From Actinomycetota bacterium (lineage in GTDB: Bacteria; Actinomycetota; Actinomycetes; Propionibacteriales; Propionibacteriaceae), in assembly GCA_046732135.1 (NCBI GenBank), contig JBKPML010000075.1, positions 1,222 through 65,221 on the forward strand: a DNA stretch of 64,000 nt, written 5' to 3'. This document shows, piece by piece, positions 59,405 through 64,000 of the stretch. The notes beneath the pieces are model-generated. The model worked only from the letters and a program-made list of their open reading frames with translations. It was not told the origin of the DNA and did not search any database. Position numbers and translations under genes: made by a program. Numbering within the stretch: the stretch's first letter is position 1; every line of letters begins with the position of its first letter.

Positions 59405-61129
59405 TCAGCGGATCAGATAGATGCGCGACTCCCACGGCTTGAGCTGCAGCGTCTCTGACACCGGGTGAGTCGCTAGCAACAGTTGCGCTGAGGCAAGATC
59501 AGGTACGGCGTCGGCCGAAACCTCCGCAGGGCGGGACGAGCAATTAGCGATGACCACAAGCATCGAATCGTCAAGTGATCGGGTAAATGCCCAGATCTGC
59601 TCAGAGTCCGCCAACAGCAGCTGGAAGCGCCCTTCGACCACAACGCGGTACTCATGACGAAGCTCGATCAACTTTCGGAAATGGTGGAAAACCGAATCCG
59701 GGTCACCCATCGCCGCCCGGGCATTGATCGCGACGTAGTTCGGGTTCACCGGCAGCCACGGAATCCCTTCCGAGAAGCCGGCGTGCGAGCTGTCGTCCCA
59801 GTGCATCGGCGTGCGGGCGTTGTCCCGGCTCTTGGCCGAGAGTGAGCGCATCACCACGTCGGCCTCCATCCCCAGGCTGAGCGCATCGGCGTGGTAGTTG
59901 ACCGATTCGATGTCCTGGTATTGCTCAATGGCACTGAAATAGGTGTTGGTCATGCCGAGCTCTTCGCCCTGGTAGACGTAAGGCGTCCCCTTGTGCATGT
60001 GCAGCACAGTGCCCAACGTCTTGGCCGAATCGGCCCGGTGCTCGGGGCTGTCGTCGCCGAACCGGGATACCGCGCGCGGCTGATCATGGTTGTCGAAGTA
60101 CAGCGAGTTCCAACCGACGTCGGCCAAACCGAGCTGCCATTCGCTGAGATTGGCCTTTAACGCCGGAAGTTCGAGTGGTTTCAGATCGAACTTGCTTCCA
60201 TCAGGGGTCCGGTCTAGGTCGACATGCTGGAACTGGAACACCATGTTGAGCTCCGCGTTGGCCGGATCGGTGATCGCGCGCGCCATCCCAATGGTGACAC
60301 CGGGCATCTCACCCACGGTCAGCAGATTGCGAGCGCTGAGCCCAACTTCGCGGTTCATTTCCGCCAGGAACTCATGCAGCCGAGGGCTCTCGGCCACGAA
60401 GTCGAACGCCGACACGTACTGCCGTCCGGGTTTCGGCACCCCATCGGTGAGCTTCTCCGGCTTGGAGATCAAGTTGATCACGTCCATCCGGAAACCATCG
60501 ACGCCGCGGTCGACCCACCACTTCATCATGTCGTATATCGCCCGGCGAACCTCCGGATTCTCCCAGTTAAGGTCCGGCTGTTTCCGGCTGAAGATATGCA
60601 GGTAGTACTCGCCACTGCGCTCGTCGTATTCCCAAGCCGAACCACCCCAGGCGGCCGCCATGTTGGTCGGTTCGGCGCCAGGCGTACCGGGGGTTGTTTC
60701 CTTCCGGGCCGGGCGCCACCAGTACCAATCGCGTTTGGGTGAGGCGGGATCGCGAGACTCTTGAAACCAAGGGTGCTCATCGGAGGTGTGGTTGACGACC
60801 AGGTCCATGACGAGCTTGATCCCACGTTCGTGCAGACCGGCGATCAGATCGTCAAGCTCGTCCATCGTGCCGAACATCGGATCGATGTCTTGGTAGTCGC
60901 TGATGTCATACCCGTTGTCGTCCATCGGCGAGGCGTAGACCGGAGAGAGCCAAACCACGTCCACACCGAGTTTGGCCAGATAGTCCAGTTTGCTGGTGAT
61001 GCCCGGGATATCGCCCGTACCGTCGCCGTTGCTGTCGGCAAACGAGCGCGGATAGATCTGGTAGACGACAGCTGTTTTCCACCAGTCGTCGGGGTGCCTT
61101 TGAGAGGCGTCGGTGGATTCGAAGATCAC
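59405..61129 (-). CDS. GH13 oligo-1,6-/alpha-glucosidase
   Basis: WWKTAVVYQIYPRSF, DLVVNHTS, GFRMDVI and FDNHDQPR motifs. GTG 61129 overlaps the upstream stop. Confidence 0.95.
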   Translation of the reverse strand: MIFESTDASQRHPDDWWKTAVVYQIYPRSFADSNGDGTGDIPGITSKLDYLAKLGVDVVWLSPVYASPMDDNGYDISDYQDIDPMFGTMDELDDLIAGLHERGIKLVMDLVVNHTSDEHPWFQESRDPASPKRDWYWWRPARKETTPGTPGAEPTNMAAAWGGSAWEYDERSGEYYLHIFSRKQPDLNWENPEVRRAIYDMMKWWVDRGVDGFRMDVINLISKPEKLTDGVPKPGRQYVSAFDFVAESPRLHEFLAEMNREVGLSARNLLTVGEMPGVTIGMARAITDPANAELNMVFQFQHVDLDRTPDGSKFDLKPLELPALKANLSEWQLGLADVGWNSLYFDNHDQPRAVSRFGDDSPEHRADSAKTLGTVLHMHKGTPYVYQGEELGMTNTYFSAIEQYQDIESVNYHADALSLGMEADVVMRSLSAKSRDNARTPMHWDDSSHAGFSEGIPWLPVNPNYVAINARAAMGDPDSVFHHFRKLIELRHEYRVVVEGRFQLLLADSEQIWAFTRSLDDSMLVVIANCSSRPAEVSADAVPDLASAQLLLATHPVSETLQLKPWESRIYLIR

Positions 61130-61797
61130 GCACTGGATCCTTGCACAAGCTGTTCGAGTCGGTTCTGAAGTGCGGCGCATTCGGCTGTCACATTGGCCCT
61201 GGCAATGCCGGTGAGCGCGCGGCCCTTGCTGGTACGGAAGATCTCGCCTTCGCTCAACGAGGTCAAAATCGCCAGACGTCCGGCAACAAACGCTTCCTCG
61301 GGCACGGCGGCATACTCCTTGCGGACGGCCTCGGTGTAGGCGGCGTACTCGTCAGTTGGCGACGCGAGGATTGACAGGTCGGCATCACACAGCAGCTCAC
61401 CCTCGGGATCACGGCTGCCGGGAATGTGCGAGGAGGTGAGCCGCACGAGGCGCGCCACCTGGGTGAGGTCTTCTTGTTCCAACCCGGCTCTGCCCAGCTC
61501 GCTGAGGGCCAGCCGAGCCGATGCCTCCTCGTTCGGCACCTGCCCGGGCGGAATGGCATATACCGCGTCATGAAACCAGGCCGCCAACCGAACCAGAAAA
61601 AGGTCATGATCTTCGGCGAGCTGGTCGATCATTCGCAGGACATGGGCTAGGTGACGTGCGGTGTGGTAGTGGCGGTGCGGCTCGGCATAACGGCTGAGGA
61701 GTTCGGACGCCATCTGTTCCTGGTGCGGCAGGGTCGCCTCCCATCGGGTCCGCAGCTCCCGATGCAACGGCTCGGCATTCGCATCCTCAGTGGGCAT
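61126..61797 (-). CDS. HD-domain metal-dependent phosphohydrolase
   Basis: YAEPHRHYHT..HL, AWFHDAVY, NEEASA and LCDADL motifs. Confidence 0.85.
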   Translation of the reverse strand: MPTEDANAEPLHRELRTRWEATLPHQEQMASELLSRYAEPHRHYHTARHLAHVLRMIDQLAEDHDLFLVRLAAWFHDAVYAIPPGQVPNEEASARLALSELGRAGLEQEDLTQVARLVRLTSSHIPGSRDPEGELLCDADLSILASPTDEYAAYTEAVRKEYAAVPEEAFVAGRLAILTSLSEGEIFRTSKGRALTGIARANVTAECAALQNRLEQLVQGSSA

Positions 61798-62482
61798 CAG
61801 ATCCACCGAGATCTCGACGATCCGTGAGGTATCGGGCAGGGATCTCAACGAGCCGGTGCGGATCCCAGGGCTGCTGCCAGCCGGCAAGATCGAGAACGCC
61901 GTCCAGCAGGTGCCCGGTCAGACCCCAGATCAGGTGGTCGTCAACCTCGAATCCAGGCCCGGTGTATCCGGATGGATGCCGAACTCTAGCTCGGTGATCG
62001 GGATCGACGAGCTGACTGACCGGGACCATCCAAACAGCGGCGACCTCGCGCGGATCGACCACCCGGATCCCACTGCGCCGACGCCACCAGGCCACAATCG
62101 CGGTGACGTCAAAGCCGCTGACGGCGACGTGGATCGGCGGCAGTGCGCCCAGCACATCGACACCTGTCCGATCAAGATCAGTCTCCTCCACCGCCTCGCG
62201 CAATGCCGTGTCTGCAAGATCAACATCATTCGCGTCCCTGGCGCCGCCGGGGAAGGCGATCTGGCCGGCGTGAGTCCGCAAGGTCGTAGCACGCTCAACG
62301 AACATCAGCTCGGGACCGCTAGGACCGTCACCGATCAAGATCAACACTGCAGCCTGCCGCGCTTGATCGCCCATCGCAGGCCGGGCCGCCGCAACGATGT
62401 CGACCCGATCCTGTTGAGCCAGCGCTGCGATCAGCGTATCGAGCGAAGCAGGCCGTGTCCCCTGAGCTTGCGGCGAGATCAC
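61787..62482 (-). CDS. NUDIX hydrolase, CoA pyrophosphatase type
   Basis: HAGQIAFPGG...ALREAVEETDL and IWGLTG motifs. GTG 62482 overlaps the TlpA stop. Confidence 0.9.
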   Translation of the reverse strand: MISPQAQGTRPASLDTLIAALAQQDRVDIVAAARPAMGDQARQAAVLILIGDGPSGPELMFVERATTLRTHAGQIAFPGGARDANDVDLADTALREAVEETDLDRTGVDVLGALPPIHVAVSGFDVTAIVAWWRRRSGIRVVDPREVAAVWMVPVSQLVDPDHRARVRHPSGYTGPGFEVDDHLIWGLTGHLLDGVLDLAGWQQPWDPHRLVEIPARYLTDRRDLGGSDAH

Positions 62483-63120
62483 AGCTGCACTCCGAGACGC
62501 TCCTTCACGATGTCCCGGATCTGCCGTGTGGACTTGAATGGCGCGACGTTGCGGTAAGTGATGATCCCGTCTGCGGTCACGAAGAAGGTCTGCGGTGGAC
62601 CGCTGATCTGCAATGACTCCCGCAGCGTCGCGTCGGCGTCCTGAAGTTGTGGAAACTTCCAGCTCGTCACCTGAGCGAACTCGAGCGCCAAATCCGGCCG
62701 TGGATCGTCGAAGTTCACTCCGAGGATCAGCAATTGCGACGGATCCGTCTCCTGGGCGAACTTCGCCAGGTAGGGCGCCTCTTGCCGGCAGGGGCCACAC
62801 CACTGGGCCCAGACATTGATCATCATCGGACGGCCGCGCAGGCCGGCGAGTCGTACGGACTGGCCGCCGCCGAGGCAGGAGAGTTCCTCGTCCGGCAGGC
62901 CACCCGCCGTGGAGGGGATGTACCAATCGGAATCCGGACAGTCAGGGATCCCGGCGGCAGCCTTCTGGGCTGCGAGTTGTTCGTCGGACGGCGGCGAGGG
63001 TTGGACCCCGGGTGTCTCACTGACCCGCGACGATGAGCGGGTGACGATCCCGGCGTCGCAGCCGGTCAAGATCAGCAACAACGCCACTAAGGCCGCCAGC
63101 CAAGCAACGTGGCGCCTCAT
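62479..63120 (-). CDS. TlpA-family thiol:disulfide oxidoreductase lipoprotein
   Basis: Lipobox LTGC and [13 protein letters not shown] 63120 overlaps the nth stop. Confidence 0.9.
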   Translation of the reverse strand: MRRHVAWLAALVALLLILTGCDAGIVTRSSSRVSETPGVQPSPPSDEQLAAQKAAAGIPDCPDSDWYIPSTAGGLPDEELSCLGGGQSVRLAGLRGRPMMINVWAQWCGPCRQEAPYLAKFAQETDPSQLLILGVNFDDPRPDLALEFAQVTSWKFPQLQDADATLRESLQISGPPQTFFVTADGIITYRNVAPFKSTRQIRDIVKERLGVQL

Positions 63121-63818
63121 CCGCGTGGCTCGCGAATCATCTTGGCGGCTTTGATCGGATCGGTCTCGCCTTCGCCGTACGAGGGGCACCAGCGCGCGAC
63201 CGGACATGCACCGCAGGCGGGATTGCGGGCATGGCAGCATCGCCGGCCATGCCAGATCATGTTCTGACAGAGCTGAGTCCAGTTCCTCTTCGGAAACAAG
63301 GCCGCAATATCCATCTCGACCTTCTCTGGGACGAGATGGACCGTCCAACCGAACCGCCGAGACAGTCGCCCGACGTGGGTGTCGACGGTGATGCCTGGGA
63401 TGCCGAAGGCGTACCCCAGGACGACATTGGCTGTCTTTCGACCAACCCCCGGCAAGGTCACCAGATCGTCGAGCCGACGTGGCACCTCGCCGTCAAACCG
63501 TTCGACTAGCGCTGCACCGAGTTTGATCAAGGTGTCTGTTTTGGCGCGGAAGAATCCGGTCGGCTTGATCAATTCCTCGAGCTCGGCACGATCAGCAGCC
63601 GCATAGGCAGCCGCCGTCGGATAGCGCGCAAAGATCACCGGAGTGACGACATTGACCCGCTTGTCGGTGCTTTGGCCCGAAAGGATCGTCGCTACCAGAA
63701 GCTCCAATGGTGTCTGGAAGTCGAGTTCGATGTTGGCTTCCGGGTACGTCTGAGCAAGCACCCGATTGATGGTCCGAGCACGCCGAACCAGGGCAGTCTG
63801 AGACCTGTCCGGCTGCAT
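63117..63818 (-). CDS. nth: Endonuclease III
   Basis: Hh[15 protein letters not shown] and CxxxxxxCxxCxxxxxC Fe-S loop. Confidence 0.97.
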   Translation of the reverse strand: MQPDRSQTALVRRARTINRVLAQTYPEANIELDFQTPLELLVATILSGQSTDKRVNVVTPVIFARYPTAAAYAAADRAELEELIKPTGFFRAKTDTLIKLGAALVERFDGEVPRRLDDLVTLPGVGRKTANVVLGYAFGIPGITVDTHVGRLSRRFGWTVHLVPEKVEMDIAALFPKRNWTQLCQNMIWHGRRCCHARNPACGACPVARWCPSYGEGETDPIKAAKMIREPRG

Positions 63819-63943
63819 GCCAGCAGCCTACGTCGCAGCAACGCCCACAACGGTGATTGCGCGCGCGACTCGAGCGCCTGCGCCGGAAGGGCTTGCGACG
63901 GTAGCCTTGCAGCGTTGACAGGCGACGCCGTACGGGAGGCAGC

Positions 63944-64000
63944 GTGGATCCTGAGATCCTCAAGAAGGCTCCATTGTTCGCCCGTCTCGACGACGAGGCG
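63944..64000 (+). CDS. crp: Crp/Fnr family regulator (GlxR/CRP), N-terminus only
   Basis: GGGAGG RBS then MDPEILKKAPLFARLDDEA; divergent from nth as in other actinobacteria. Confidence 0.7.
   Translation, partial: MDPEILKKAPLFARLDDEA

Overview
High-GC actinobacterial chromosome segment (Propionibacteriales-like is only a guess) with about 57 coding loci. I found no rRNA, tRNA, IS transposase or cas gene. Main blocks: (1) 1-7.8 kb, the end of actP followed by general-stress genes (SDR, FAD oxidoreductase, SRPBCC, YihY, DUF3618, holin-X, LEA-like protein, small ferritin-like protein), several with SigB/SigF-type promoter matches. (2) 7.9-19.7 kb, a tightly coupled cluster encoding a complete NDP-heptose pathway (GmhA, HldE, GT2-GmhB fusion), two GT9 heptosyltransferase-like enzymes, a carbamoyltransferase, an SDR and two GT-B glycosyltransferases, which is unexpected in a lineage without LPS. 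(3) 19.7-32.4 kb, accessory genes: RecQ with a Tudor-like tail, CapA, a DUF1918-DUF1876 fusion, a repeat protein plus RDD, an amidase with two tandem serine hydrolases, and WS/DGAT. (4) 32.5-41.9 kb, a LacI-controlled catabolic cluster (CoA transferase, two GMC oxidoreductases, crotonase, ALDH, 1,5-anhydrofructose-reductase-like protein) behind a tandem palindromic operator. (5) ppsR-ppsA, a shattered MGH1-like glycosidase with an internal inversion, an AKR, a SigB/F-type sigma factor, a Gfo/Idh/MocA plus TIM-barrel pair and a polyol SDR. (6) A structured 430-bp non-coding region with competing hairpins, a small ORF and five 26-bp repeats. (7) An RND permease and the conserved acs-nhaA-holin ... 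NUDIX-tlpA-nth / crp block. The best candidates for undescribed systems are the heptose/carbamoyl cluster and the CoA-dependent anhydrosugar cluster. All family calls come from motif recognition by eye; no database searches were run.
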